64,000 bases of DNA from assembly GCA_963771355.1 (NCBI GenBank), contig CAVYTA010000006.1:864001-928000 (forward strand). Direction: 5' to 3'. The position numbers and the translations under genes are program-made. The notes below the pieces were generated by a model. That model was not told the DNA's origin. It did not search any database and saw only the letters and a program-made list of their open reading frames with translations. The number at the start of each line of letters is the position of its first letter. The stretch's first letter is position 1. The stretch is from an uncultured Candidatus Rokubacteria bacterium (lineage in GTDB: Bacteria > Methylomirabilota > Methylomirabilia > Rokubacteriales > CSP1-6). Below are positions 37,805-51,190 of the stretch, piece after piece.

Positions 37805-40312
37805 ATGAAGGCAGTCATCATGGCCGGCGGCTTCGGGACCCGCCTGCGCCCGCTGACCACTCACATCCCCAAGCCGCTGGTGCCAGTCGGCAACGTGCCG
37901 ATCATGGAGCACACCGTCCGGCTCCTGAAGCGGCACGGGTTCACCGACCTGCTGGTGCTCCTCTACTTCCTGCCCGAGACCATCTCCGGCTACTTCGGAG
38001 ACGGCAGCCGCTGGGGTGTGCGCATGACCTATGCGACGCCCACCGCCGACCTGGGCACCGCGGGCGCGGTCAAGTTCGCCGCCGGCGACCTGGGCGAGCC
38101 GGTGCTCGTGATCTCCGGCGACGTGCTGACCGACTTCGACCTCGCCGCCGCGGTGCAATCGCATCGCGAGCGGGCCGCGGAAGCTACCATGGTGCTCACC
38201 CGCGTGGACTCGCCGCTCGCCTACGGCATCGTGATCACGGATGAGGGCGGACGGATCGTTCGCTTCCTCGAGAAGCCTTCCTGGGGGGAAGTGTTCAGCG
38301 ACACGATCAATACCGGCATCTACATTCTCGACCCCGCCGTGCTGGGGGCCATCCCCGCCGGCCGGCCCTACGATTTCAGCAAGGAGCTGTTTCCCACGCT
38401 GCTGGCGTCGGGCCGTCCCCTCTACGGCCATATCGCCGAAGGCTACTGGCGCGACGTGGGGGACCTCACCGAGTACCGCATCGCGCATCTCGACCTCCTC
38501 CAGCGGCGGGTGGGGGTGGACATTCCCGGCACCCTCACCGAGGCGCCCGGCTACAGTGCCTGGGTGGGCGAGGGCGCCCGGGTGGACTTCCTCGCAAAGC
38601 TCTCGGGCTCGGTGATCATCGGCCCCGGCGTCCAGGTGGCGGCGGGAGCCCAGCTCTCGAACTGTGTGATCGGCCGGGGGTCCGCGATTGCCGCCGGCGC
38701 CGACATCGAGAGCAGCGTGCTCTGGGACCATGTCGACGTGGGCGCGGGTGCGCGGGTGAAGGAAGCCATCGTGGGCACGCGGGCCCAGATCGGCGCCGAT
38801 GCCTTCATCGCCGAAGGCGTGGTGATCGGCGACTACGCGAAGATCGGCGAGTCGGCCACGGTCAAGGCCAATGCGAAGGTGTGGCCGTACAAGGAGGTCG
38901 AGGACGGCGCCACCCTCGCCATGAGCCTGGTGTGGGCGGAGCGCTGGAGCCGCTCGATCTTCGGCCGCTACGGCGTTTCGGGCCTCGCCAACATCGAGAT
39001 CTCGCCAGAGTTCGCGGCCAAGCTCGGCGCCGCCTTCGGGGCCACCGTGGGCAAGCGCCGCACCATGATCACGAGCCGCGACCACCACAAGGCGTCGCGC
39101 ATGATCAACCGGGCTTTGATGGCGGGGCTCCTCTCGGTGGGCGTCGACGTGCAGGACCTCGGGGTGGCGCCAGTGTCGGTGGTGCGCTACCAGATCTCCG
39201 CGCTGGGGCTGGCCGGCGGGGTCCATGTGCGCAAGTCCCCCTATGACCCCCAGCTGATCGACATCAAGTTCTTCGATGCTCGCGGGCTGGAGTGCGCGCC
39301 GGACCGCGAGAAGTCGGTGGAACGCCTCTTCTTCATGGAGGACTTCTACCGGGCCCCCATGGAGGAGACGGGGGTGCTGACCTTCCCCCACGCGGGGACC
39401 GACCGGTACCGCGACGGCCTGCTCAAGTCGGTCGACGCCGAGGTCATCAAGCGCGCGGGCCTGCGCATGGTGCTCGACTACGGCTTCGGCTCCGCATCGG
39501 CGATCTTTCCCGGGGTGCTGGGGGCGCTGGGGGTGGAGGTCATCTCGCTGAACGCCTACCTGGACGAAAGTCGCATCACCAAGACGACCGACGAGTTCCA
39601 GCGTTCCCTGACCCAGCTCTCCAACATCGTGCGCACCCTCGGCGCGGATCTGGGCGTGCTCCTCGACACGGGGGCGGAAAAGGTCTTCTTGGTGGACGAG
39701 AAGGGAGACATCCTCCCCGGCGATCTCGCCCTCGCGCTCATCGCGCTCCTCGTGATGCGCACCCAGCCCGCCGGCCGCATCGTGGTGCCCGTTACCGCGT
39801 CGCGAACCCTCGACCGGCTCGCCGAGGAGCACGGCTTCCAGATCACGCGTTCCCGGGGCACGCCGCGGGCGCTCACCGAGGCCGCGCTGGCGGATGACGT
39901 GGTGCTGGTGGGCGAGGAGCTCGGCGGCGTCATCTTCCCGCGCTTCCAGCCCGCTTTCGACGGGATGGCCGCCGTGGTCCACATCCTCGAGATGATGGCG
40001 CGCCTGGACGTGCGGCTCCACCAGCTCACCCGCGCGGTTCCGGAAAGCCACATCGTGCGCCTCGAGGTGCCGTGCCCAAACGAGCGCAAGGGGACCGTGA
40101 TGCGGCGCCTCATGGAAGCCACCAAGGGCGAGGACGTGGAGCTTATCGAGGGCGTACGCGTCCGGCGCGCCGAGGAGTGGGTGGCGGCGACGCCGGACGC
40201 CGACCGCGCCTGCTTCCACGTGGTGGCAGAGGCGGCGGACAAGGAACGGGCCCGTGCGCTCGCGGAGGAGTTCCGCGACAAGATCACGGGCTGGCGCCGG
40301 GACCTGGCATGA
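37805..40312 (+). CDS. Mannose-1-phosphate guanylyltransferase fused to a phosphomannomutase-like domain
   Basis: MKAVIMAGGFGTRLRPLT..PKPL, FLEKPSWGEVFSDTINTGIY, YWRDVG, hexapeptide repeats, then a PGM/PMM fold (FGRYGVSG). Confidence 0.88.
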   Translation: MKAVIMAGGFGTRLRPLTTHIPKPLVPVGNVPIMEHTVRLLKRHGFTDLLVLLYFLPETISGYFGDGSRWGVRMTYATPTADLGTAGAVKFAAGDLGEPVLVISGDVLTDFDLAAAVQSHRERAAEATMVLTRVDSPLAYGIVITDEGGRIVRFLEKPSWGEVFSDTINTGIYILDPAVLGAIPAGRPYDFSKELFPTLLASGRPLYGHIAEGYWRDVGDLTEYRIAHLDLLQRRVGVDIPGTLTEAPGYSAWVGEGARVDFLAKLSGSVIIGPGVQVAAGAQLSNCVIGRGSAIAAGADIESSVLWDHVDVGAGARVKEAIVGTRAQIGADAFIAEGVVIGDYAKIGESATVKANAKVWPYKEVEDGATLAMSLVWAERWSRSIFGRYGVSGLANIEISPEFAAKLGAAFGATVGKRRTMITSRDHHKASRMINRALMAGLLSVGVDVQDLGVAPVSVVRYQISALGLAGGVHVRKSPYDPQLIDIKFFDARGLECAPDREKSVERLFFMEDFYRAPMEETGVLTFPHAGTDRYRDGLLKSVDAEVIKRAGLRMVLDYGFGSASAIFPGVLGALGVEVISLNAYLDESRITKTTDEFQRSLTQLSNIVRTLGADLGVLLDTGAEKVFLVDEKGDILPGDLALALIALLVMRTQPAGRIVVPVTASRTLDRLAEEHGFQITRSRGTPRALTEAALADDVVLVGEELGGVIFPRFQPAFDGMAAVVHILEMMARLDVRLHQLTRAVPESHIVRLEVPCPNERKGTVMRRLMEATKGEDVELIEGVRVRRAEEWVAATPDADRACFHVVAEAADKERARALAEEFRDKITGWRRDLA

Positions 40313-41127
40313 CCACCACGCAGACTCCCCGCCGGCAGAAGGCGCGGCTCGACGCGGCGCTGGTCGAGCGCGGGCTCGCGCCCAGCCGGGAGAAGGCGGC
40401 GCGCCTCATCCTCGCGGGCGCGGTCAGCGTGGACGGCCGCCGGGTGGACAAGGCGGGAACCCTCGTCGCCGCGGGAAGCCGGATCGAGACCGCGGTCGCT
40501 CCGCGATACGTGAGCCGCGGGGGCGACAAGCTCGTCCATGCGCTGACCGCCTTCGGCGTGTCCCCCCGCGGGCGCGTCTGCATCGACGCAGGGGCCTCGA
40601 CCGGCGGCTTCACGCAGTGCCTGCTCGAGGGCGGCGCCACGCGCGTCTACGCGGTGGACGTGGGCGCGGGCCAGCTGGACGCGAGATTGCGTGCCGATCC
40701 GCGCGTTCGCGTGATGGATCGGGTCAATGCGCGCGCGCTCTCGCCGGCCGCGTTCGAGGAACCGCCGAGCCTGGCCACGGTGGACGTGTCCTTCATCTCG
40801 CTCGAGAAGGTCCTGCCCGCCGTGCTCGGAGTCCTGGCCGAGACGGGAGAGGCGGTGGTGCTGGTCAAGCCGCAGTTCGAGGTCGGCAAGGGACAGGTTG
40901 GAAAGGGGGGCGTGGTGCGGGATCCCGTGCAGCATCGGCAGGTGCTCGAGCGCGTGAGCGGGTGGTGTGCGAATGCGGGCTGGCCCGCCCGCGGAGTCAC
41001 CGCCTCGCCGCTGGTGGGCCCCAAGGGCAATCGCGAGTTCTTCCTCCACCTCACGGAAGCGCCAGGGCTCGCCGGCCTCGCCGGGCGCATCGCCGACGTC
41101 GTCTCCCCCGCGGAGTCCCGACCTTGA
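40309..41127 (+). CDS. tlyA: TlyA-family rRNA 2'-O-methyltransferase
   Basis: S4 domain KARLDAALVERG, YVSRGGDKL, DAGASTGGFT, DVSFISL, LVKPQFE, GPKGNREF. Confidence 0.93.
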   Translation: MTTTQTPRRQKARLDAALVERGLAPSREKAARLILAGAVSVDGRRVDKAGTLVAAGSRIETAVAPRYVSRGGDKLVHALTAFGVSPRGRVCIDAGASTGGFTQCLLEGGATRVYAVDVGAGQLDARLRADPRVRVMDRVNARALSPAAFEEPPSLATVDVSFISLEKVLPAVLGVLAETGEAVVLVKPQFEVGKGQVGKGGVVRDPVQHRQVLERVSGWCANAGWPARGVTASPLVGPKGNREFFLHLTEAPGLAGLAGRIADVVSPAESRP

Positions 41128-41981
41128 AGCGCATCGGCATCGTGGCCAAGACGGACCGCGAGGAGGCGCGCACCGTCCTGCCGCTGATCCTCGACTGGTG
41201 CGGTTCGCACGGGCTCACCCCTGTGCTGGAAAAGGAGACGGCGGGGCTCTGCCCCGCCACCCTCGCCGCCGTGGCGACCAAGCCCGAGCTGCCGGGGCAG
41301 GTGGACCTCCTGCTCGTCCTCGGGGGAGACGGGACGTTGCTCTCCATGGCGCGACTGGTGGGCGATCTCAACGTGCCCATTCTCGGCGTGAATCTCGGGG
41401 GACTGGGCTTCCTCACCGCGCTCACCGCCGACGAGCTCTTTCCGGCGCTGGAGGCCTTGCTGCGGGACGAGCTCCTCGTCGAGGAGCGGATGATGCTAGG
41501 AGCACGGATCTCCCGCCAGGGGGAGCGGCTGAGCGAGTACGTGGCGCTGAACGACGTGGTCATCACCAAGTCGGCGATGAGCCGGATCATCAACCTCGAG
41601 GTCTCGGTCGCGGGCCAGTTCGCTACCGCGTACCGGGCGGACGGGCTCATCGTCTCCACCCCTACCGGTTCCACCGCCTATTGCCTGTCGGCGGGCGGGC
41701 CCATCGTGTTCCCCACCATGGACGCGGTGGTGCTCACTCCGATCTGCTCGCACACACTCACCAACCGGCCCATCGTTCTCCCCGCCCGGGAGCGCATCGA
41801 CGTCACCCTGCTCTCGGACCAGGACGTGATGCTGACCCTCGACGGCCAGGTGGGCTTCGCGCTGCGGCGGGGCGACACCGTGGAGATCCACCGCGCGGCC
41901 GCGCGCATCCGTCTCCTCCGCTTTCCTCAGAAGCACTTCTTTTCGGTTCTGCGGACCAAGCTCAAGTGGGGCGAGCGTTAG
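41124..41981 (+). CDS. nadK: NAD kinase
   Basis: LGGDGTLL, GVNLGGLGFL, ALNDVV, DGLIVSTPTGSTAY; TTG start overlapping the tlyA stop. Confidence 0.93.
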   Translation: MKRIGIVAKTDREEARTVLPLILDWCGSHGLTPVLEKETAGLCPATLAAVATKPELPGQVDLLLVLGGDGTLLSMARLVGDLNVPILGVNLGGLGFLTALTADELFPALEALLRDELLVEERMMLGARISRQGERLSEYVALNDVVITKSAMSRIINLEVSVAGQFATAYRADGLIVSTPTGSTAYCLSAGGPIVFPTMDAVVLTPICSHTLTNRPIVLPARERIDVTLLSDQDVMLTLDGQVGFALRRGDTVEIHRAAARIRLLRFPQKHFFSVLRTKLKWGER

Positions 41982-42071
41982 CGCCGTCCCCGACCGTCCC
42001 CACGTGGATACGGCTGGTCCCCGGGGCCGACCCCGACGTACCATGGGATCGCGCGCCCGAGCGCGACTGAG

Positions 42072-43793
42072 ATGCTGACCGAGCTCCGGCTCCGGAATCT
42101 CGCGGTGATCGAGGAAATGACGGTGCCCTTCGGCGCCGGGCTCAACGCCGTCACCGGCGAGACGGGGGCCGGGAAATCCATCGTCGTGGACGCCATCCTC
42201 CTGGTCATGGGCGCCCGCGCCCAGCCCGATCTCATCCGCTCCGGCGCCGAGAGCGCGATCATCGAGGCCGTGTTCGAGCTGCCGCCCGGCCACCCCGCCA
42301 CGGAGGTGCTGGAGGCCGCGGGCCACGCCGCGCCCGACGGTACCCTCGTGATCAAGCGCGAGATCTCCCGCATGGGGCGTCACCGCGTCTTCGTGAATGA
42401 CTCGGCGGCCACGGTCGCGCTGCTGGAGCGGCTGGGCGAGTCGCTCGTGGAGCTGCACGGCCAGCACGAGCACCAGCGCCTGATGGAGCCGGCCCGGCAG
42501 CTCGACCTTCTCGACCGCTTCGCGGACGCCGAGGAGGCCCGCGCCCGCGTGGACGGGCTGGTGAGGGAGTGGGAGGCGGCGGGCACCGAGCTTTCCCGGC
42601 TGCGCGACGCCGCGCGCGAGGGCGCGCGCCAGCAGGACCTCTACCGCTTCCAGCTCTCCGAGATCGACGCCCTCGCCCTCCGTGACGGGGAGGAGGAAGA
42701 GCTCCGCGCCGAGCGCCGGCGCCTTCAGCACGCGGAGCGCATCGCGGCGGGGCTCGCCGAGGTCACCGCCCTCCTCTACGACGACGCCCAGTCGGCAGCA
42801 GCGCGGCTCCGCCGGGCGGGGACCTTGCTCCGCGAGCTGGCGGCCTACGACACCGAGCTGGGCGCCCCGGCGGAGGCCCTCGGCGAGGCGGAGGCCTATC
42901 TCGAGGACGCCATCGGACGCGCGCGGGCCCTGCGCGACCGCGCCCCCTTCGATCCCGAGCGGCTCGGCGAGATCGACGACCGCCTCGATGCCGTCGGGAA
43001 GCTGAAGCGGAAGTACGGCGACTCCGCCGAGGCCATCGCCGCCTATCGCGCCGGACTCGCGTCCACCCTCGATCAGATCGAACGGCACGATGAGGTGGTG
43101 GCGGAGCTGGAGGCGCGGGCGGCGCGGACGGCGGAAGCAGCGGGAACGGCGGCCTTGGCGCTCGCGGACGTCCGGGCGGCCGCCGCGCGCCGGCTCGAGC
43201 GCCTGATCCAGACCGAGCTGCGGGGGCTCGGGATGGAGCATGCGCGCTTCCGGGTCGGGCTGCGGCGGGAGCCCGCCGGCGAGGGCGAGCTCGCCGCGGG
43301 CCCCGGACGCTGGCGGGTGGGACGTCGGGGCACCGACACCGCCGAGTTCCTCTTCTCCGCCAATCCCGGGGAAGATCCGCGACCGCTGGCCAAGGTGGTC
43401 TCGGGGGGCGAGCTCTCACGCACCATGCTGGCGGTGCGCACGGTGCTCTCGGCCTCGGGCGAGGTGCCCACCATGGTCTTCGACGAGGTGGACTCAGGCA
43501 TCGGCGGCCGCGTGGCGGAGGTCGTGGGCCAGAAGCTCGCCCAGACCGCTCGCGGGCGGCAGGTGCTCTGCGTCACCCACCTCGCTCCCATCGCGGTGTA
43601 TGCGGCCCACCATCTGATGGTCGAGAAGAAGTCGGGGCGGGGGACGACGCGGACCACGGTGTCACCGCTCGCCGCCGCCGCGCGCATCGAGGAGTTGGCG
43701 CGCATGCTCGGGGGCGAGCGCGTCACCGAGGCCACCCGGCGTGCCGCCCGGGAGCTATTCAGGACCGCCCAGCGTGAGAGCCCCCGGAACTGA
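42072..43793 (+). CDS. recN: DNA repair protein RecN
   Basis: TGETGAGKS, HGQHEHQ, SGGELSR, FDEVDSGIGG, CVTHL. Confidence 0.95.
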   Translation: MLTELRLRNLAVIEEMTVPFGAGLNAVTGETGAGKSIVVDAILLVMGARAQPDLIRSGAESAIIEAVFELPPGHPATEVLEAAGHAAPDGTLVIKREISRMGRHRVFVNDSAATVALLERLGESLVELHGQHEHQRLMEPARQLDLLDRFADAEEARARVDGLVREWEAAGTELSRLRDAAREGARQQDLYRFQLSEIDALALRDGEEEELRAERRRLQHAERIAAGLAEVTALLYDDAQSAAARLRRAGTLLRELAAYDTELGAPAEALGEAEAYLEDAIGRARALRDRAPFDPERLGEIDDRLDAVGKLKRKYGDSAEAIAAYRAGLASTLDQIERHDEVVAELEARAARTAEAAGTAALALADVRAAAARRLERLIQTELRGLGMEHARFRVGLRREPAGEGELAAGPGRWRVGRRGTDTAEFLFSANPGEDPRPLAKVVSGGELSRTMLAVRTVLSASGEVPTMVFDEVDSGIGGRVAEVVGQKLAQTARGRQVLCVTHLAPIAVYAAHHLMVEKKSGRGTTRTTVSPLAAAARIEELARMLGGERVTEATRRAARELFRTAQRESPRN

Positions 43794-43811
43794 TGGTGTA
43801 AGATAACCGTG

Positions 43812-46622
<2,811 letters not shown>

Positions 46623-46662
46623 GACTCCCCGCCGACATCTGGTAGCCCTCGCCACCCGACCC

Positions 46663-46686
46663 CCCCACGCGTGGGGTTTTTTTCTT
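46663..46686 (+). terminator. Intrinsic terminator after secA
   Basis: CCCCA-CGCG-TGGGG followed by TTTTTTTCTT. Confidence 0.65.
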
Positions 46687-46738
46687 GGTCGGCTGCCGGG
46701 GCGTGTGGTAACAGTGAGTAGCCCCTGTGGGCGTAGCC

Positions 46739-49700
46739 ATGCGGCTCGAACAAATCGTCCTCCACGGTTTCAAGTCGTTCGCCGACCGGACGGAAGTGCG
46801 CGTCCTTCCCGGCATCACCTGCATCGTCGGTCCCAACGGCTGCGGCAAGTCCAACGTGGCCGACGCGATCCGGTGGGCGCTGGGAGAACAGAGCCCCAAA
46901 ACCCTGCGCGGCCAGAAGATGGAAGACGTCATCTTCCACGGCGCCGCCTCTCGCAAGTCCATCGGCATGGCCGAGGTCATGCTGCAGTTCGGCAACGATG
47001 GGACTCTCGGGGTGCCGTGGAGCGAGGTGGCGGTGGCGCGCCGGCTCTACCGGACGGGCGATAGCGAGTATCTCCTCAACAAGTCGGGGTGCCGGCTCAG
47101 GGACATCCAGGATCTCTTCGCGGGCACGGGCGTCAATCCCAAGGCCTATGCCCTGATGGACCAGGAGCGCCTCAACCACGTCCTCACCGCCAAGCCCTGG
47201 GAGCGGCGGGTCTTCATCGAGGAGGCGGCGGGCATCGCGCGTTACAAGCAGCAGCGCGGGGAGACCCAGGGCAAGCTCGACGCCACCCGGCAAAATCTCC
47301 AGCGGGTGCGCGACGTGATGGACGAGGTGCGCCGGCAGCTGGGCTCCCTCGAGCGGCAGGCGAGAAAGGCCCAGCAGTACAAGGCCCTCCATCAGGAGAA
47401 GCAGGCTCTCGGCCTCGCCATGCTGGCGGCGGACTTCGCCACCCTGGCCGCACGTCACGAGCTGCTGACCCGCGAGATGGAGACCCTCCGCCGCGACTCC
47501 GAACACCGTGAGATCCAGATCGCCGCGCTGGCGGCCCGCCAGGCCACGCAGAGCGCGGTCATCCAGGAGACCGAGTTTCGCCTCAACGACCTGCGACAGT
47601 ACGTCCAGAAGATGCAGGGCGAAGCCGAGCGGCTCATCGAGCGCCGCGAGCAGCTCAACATCCAGATCCGCGAGCTCGACGAGGAGACGGCACGGCTCGG
47701 CGCCGAGGTGGCCGCGGTCACCGAGCGCCGAGGCACCCTCGAGACCGAGCGCGCCGACAAGATCCGTGCGCTCGCCGAGAGCCGCGAGCGTCACGCCGAC
47801 TGGCTCGGGCGTCTCGGTGTCCTCGAGACGCAGGCGGAGGCCGGCCGCCGCGAGCTCGAGGAGCGGCGCCGGCGGCTGGACACCCTGCGGCTGGAGCAGG
47901 CGGGAGCGGGCGGGCGGCGGGCCGAGCTCACGCGCGAGGACGCCGAGCTGCGCGAGCGGGGGCTCAATCGCGAGCATGCCCTGGCGCGACTCGGTAGCGA
48001 ATCCGCGCGGGCCCAGGCGGAGGCCGATGCCATCGCCACCCGGCGGCAGCGGCTCGAGGAGCACCGGCGCGCGGCGGGACAGCAGCTGTCGCTCCTGGAG
48101 TCGGAGCGCCGCCAGGTACAGGGAGAACGCGAGGCCTGCGAGGCGGCGCGCGAGGGCACGCAGCGGTCGCTCGCCGAGCTGCGCCTGGCGCTGGCCGCGA
48201 AGGAGAGCCAGCTCCAGAGCCTGGAGCAGCTCGAGCGCGACCGGGAGGGCTATGGGGCGGGGGTGCGCGCGGTGTTCGCGGCCGGCAGTGGCATCCCGGG
48301 CGTGGTGGGCACCGTGGCCGATCTGCTCGAAGTGCCGTCCGGCCTCGAGGCGGCGGTGGAAAGCGTGCTCGGCGAGCGCTTGCAGTGGGTGGTGGTCGAG
48401 CGCTTCGAGCATGCGCGCGCCGCCCTCGGCTTTCTCGAGCGGGAAGGGGCGGGCCCGGCGACGTTCCTTCCCCTGGAGACGCTCCCCAGCAACGGCTCCA
48501 CGCCCGAAGACTCCGCCGACGTGCGCTGGGCGTCTCGGCTAATCGCCGGGCCCCGGCCGGGGCTCCTCGGCTATCTGCTCGGCCATGTCGGCGTGGTGGA
48601 CCATCTCGACCAGGCCGAGCGGCTGTGGCGCCGCAACGGCGTGGTCGCCACCTATGTCACGCCCTCGGGCGAGGTGCTCTATCCGAACGGTCGGCTCACC
48701 GGCGGTCGGCGCGACGGGGACCGTGAGGCACAGGACCACTCGATACTTCGCCGCAAGCGCGCCATCCGCCAGCTGCGTGACGAGGCGGCGACCACCGCGG
48801 CCGAAGTCGAGCGCGGACGGACGGGTCTGGAGGCGCTGGAGGCCCAGCTCGGCGCCCTGCGCGCGCGCGAGAGCGGCCTCACCACCTCGGTGCAGAGCCA
48901 GGAAGCGGTGCGCCTCACCGGCGACAAGGACCTCGAGGCCGCCGGGCGCGAGGCGGAGCGGCTGGCCCGCCACCTCGACACGCTGCGCGTGGAGCAGGCG
49001 CAGATCCAGGCCGAGCATGAGGAGACGGCACGGCGGCTGGAGGAAGTGGGCATCGTCCTGGCGAGCGTGCGCGAGCGCGAGGCGGCTCTCGACCGCGAGC
49101 TCGGCACCATGCGCGCCGACGTCGAGGCCGCTGAGCAGATCCAGCTGGGGCTAGCCGACGAGATCGGCGATTGCCGGGTGCAGGTGGCGGCGGTGGCCGA
49201 GCGGGTGGAGGGATTCGGGCGTGACATCGAGCGGCTCCAGGAGCTGGAGCTCGAGGCCACCCTGCGGGTCGAGCAGTCGACGCTCCGCCGCGCGCAGCTG
49301 GCCGAGCGGCGCACCGAGCTCTCCGGCGAGGCGGGACGGGCCGACGCCCGGGCGCGCGACGCGGTGGTGGATCGCGACCGGCTGGAGGGCGAGGTCCGCG
49401 CGACCTCCGAGGTCCACCAGTCCCAGGTCGCCGAGCGCCAGATCATCGACACTGAGCTGCGCGCGGCGGGAGCCGAGCGGCACCGGCTCATCGCCCGCGT
49501 GCACGATCTCGAGCTGCAGGACACCGAGGGCCGGGTGCGGCGCGAGGAGCTGCTCGGCGAAGCGCGGCGCAGCCACGGGATCGACGGCGCGGAGTCACTA
49601 CGGGCCCTCCACGACCCCGCGCGCGAGGGGACGGAGCTGCGCACCCGACACGACGAGCTCGTGCAAAAGCTCGAGGCGATGGGCGCCGTCAATCTCGTCG

Positions 49701-50290
49701 CCGACGAGGAGTACCGCGAGCTGGAGGAGCGGCTCGGCTTCCTCCGCACTCAATACGACGACCTCACCGGCTCCATCAAGGATCTCGAGAAGGCCCTCCG
49801 GGGAATGACCCGCACCGCGCAGGAGCGCTTCCAGGAGGCCTTCGCCGAGGTCAACCGGCACTTCGGGGACATCTTCTCGCGCCTGTTCGAGGGCGGGCGG
49901 GCCGAGCTCCGCATGGTCGAGCCGGAAGAGGGCGAGGACGACCCCCTGGAGCTGGGCGTCGAGCTCATGGCGCAGCCGCGCGGCAAGCGGCTCCAGGCGG
50001 TGAGCCTGATGTCGGGCGGCGAGAAGGCCCTGACCGGCCTGGCCCTACTCTTCGCGATCTTCTACTACCGGCCCAGCCCGTTCTGCGTGCTGGACGAGGT
50101 GGACGCGCCGCTCGACGACGCCAATATCCACCGTTTCCTCCGGGTGCTCCGCGAGCTCGTATCCCAGACCCAGTTCGTGGTGATCACGCACAACCGAAAG
50201 ACCATGGAAGCCGCCGATGTCCTCTACGGGGTGACCATGGAGGAGCCGGGGCTCTCGCGGCTGGTCTCCGTCCAGCTCGCCGACGCGTAA
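46739..50290 (+). CDS. smc: Chromosome segregation protein SMC
   Basis: GFKSFAD, GPNGCGKSN, coiled coils, hinge (GPATFLPL), MSGGEKAL, LDEVDAPLD. Confidence 0.96.
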   Translation: MRLEQIVLHGFKSFADRTEVRVLPGITCIVGPNGCGKSNVADAIRWALGEQSPKTLRGQKMEDVIFHGAASRKSIGMAEVMLQFGNDGTLGVPWSEVAVARRLYRTGDSEYLLNKSGCRLRDIQDLFAGTGVNPKAYALMDQERLNHVLTAKPWERRVFIEEAAGIARYKQQRGETQGKLDATRQNLQRVRDVMDEVRRQLGSLERQARKAQQYKALHQEKQALGLAMLAADFATLAARHELLTREMETLRRDSEHREIQIAALAARQATQSAVIQETEFRLNDLRQYVQKMQGEAERLIERREQLNIQIRELDEETARLGAEVAAVTERRGTLETERADKIRALAESRERHADWLGRLGVLETQAEAGRRELEERRRRLDTLRLEQAGAGGRRAELTREDAELRERGLNREHALARLGSESARAQAEADAIATRRQRLEEHRRAAGQQLSLLESERRQVQGEREACEAAREGTQRSLAELRLALAAKESQLQSLEQLERDREGYGAGVRAVFAAGSGIPGVVGTVADLLEVPSGLEAAVESVLGERLQWVVVERFEHARAALGFLEREGAGPATFLPLETLPSNGSTPEDSADVRWASRLIAGPRPGLLGYLLGHVGVVDHLDQAERLWRRNGVVATYVTPSGEVLYPNGRLTGGRRDGDREAQDHSILRRKRAIRQLRDEAATTAAEVERGRTGLEALEAQLGALRARESGLTTSVQSQEAVRLTGDKDLEAAGREAERLARHLDTLRVEQAQIQAEHEETARRLEEVGIVLASVREREAALDRELGTMRADVEAAEQIQLGLADEIGDCRVQVAAVAERVEGFGRDIERLQELELEATLRVEQSTLRRAQLAERRTELSGEAGRADARARDAVVDRDRLEGEVRATSEVHQSQVAERQIIDTELRAAGAERHRLIARVHDLELQDTEGRVRREELLGEARRSHGIDGAESLRALHDPAREGTELRTRHDELVQKLEAMGAVNLVADEEYRELEERLGFLRTQYDDLTGSIKDLEKALRGMTRTAQERFQEAFAEVNRHFGDIFSRLFEGGRAELRMVEPEEGEDDPLELGVELMAQPRGKRLQAVSLMSGGEKALTGLALLFAIFYYRPSPFCVLDEVDAPLDDANIHRFLRVLRELVSQTQFVVITHNRKTMEAADVLYGVTMEEPGLSRLVSVQLADA

Positions 50291-50303
50291 CTTCGCTCCC
50301 TCG

Positions 50304-50333
50304 TTGACTGTTCCGCGTCCCAGGGCATACAGT
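50304..50333 (+). promoter_or_regulatory. Sigma70-type promoter for rodZ-ftsY-rib operon
   Basis: TTGACT, 18 nt, TACAGT. Confidence 0.5.
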
Positions 50334-50353
50334 AGCGGTAGGTCTCCGCGACC

Positions 50354-51190
50354 ATGAGTTCTCTGGGAAGCTACCTCCGCGACCTGCGCACCGCCAAGGG
50401 CATGTCCCTGGACGAGGTCTCGCGCGTCACGCGCGTGGGCCGGACCCACCTCGAAGCCCTCGAAGCCGAGGAACTGAGCGCACTGCCCGCGCCGGTATTC
50501 GTCAAGGGCTTCATCCGCGCCTACTGTGAGTTCCTCCAGGCCAATCCCGCGGAAGCGCTCGGCCGCTATCAGGTGCTCACGGGCGAGCGCATCCCCGGTG
50601 CCGCCCCCTTGCGCGCGGAACCCCTCGGCGCCGGCCTCGGGCGCGGGCCGGTATTCGTCAGCGTGATCCTCCTCGTGGTCTTGGCCGCCGCGCTCTTCCT
50701 GCTCAACTCCGGGCTTCGCGGCGATGCGCCGCACGCCCCACGCCCGCAGCCCGCAACACCGGGCAGTTCCGCCGCCGCGCCCGCCGCCTCCGAGCCGGCG
50801 GTTGCCCCGTCCGCGCCCTCCGTGGCACCCACCACCCCCTCGGCCAAGCCCGAGGCCGTGGCGGCCATGGCGCCGAGCGCGGTAACACCGGCAGTCACGG
50901 CGCCCGCGGTGCCGGTACCGACGGCCCTCGCGCCGGCCTCCGCACCCGCCCGCGGGGCGCAGCGCCTCGTCGTCAGGGCGATCGAGCCCACCTGGGTACG
51001 CGTCCAGATGGACGGAGACCGCTCCGTCGAGGAACTGCTGCCCGCCGGCGCCACGCGGGAATGGAGCGCCGAGAAGCGCTTCACCGTTACCGTGGGGAAT
51101 GCGGCCGGTGTCACCCTTGAGCTCAACGGGCGCACGCTGCCGCCCCTGGGTGCGCCGGGCGCGGTGATCCGCGAGCTCGCACTCCCGTGA
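50354..51190 (+). CDS. rodZ: RodZ-like protein (HTH, TM, Pro/Ala linker, DUF4115)
   Basis: LGSYLRDLR..., FVKGFIRAY, single TM, C-terminal TWVRV...VGNAAGV.LELNG. Confidence 0.85.
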   Translation: MSSLGSYLRDLRTAKGMSLDEVSRVTRVGRTHLEALEAEELSALPAPVFVKGFIRAYCEFLQANPAEALGRYQVLTGERIPGAAPLRAEPLGAGLGRGPVFVSVILLVVLAAALFLLNSGLRGDAPHAPRPQPATPGSSAAAPAASEPAVAPSAPSVAPTTPSAKPEAVAAMAPSAVTPAVTAPAVPVPTALAPASAPARGAQRLVVRAIEPTWVRVQMDGDRSVEELLPAGATREWSAEKRFTVTVGNAAGVTLELNGRTLPPLGAPGAVIRELALP

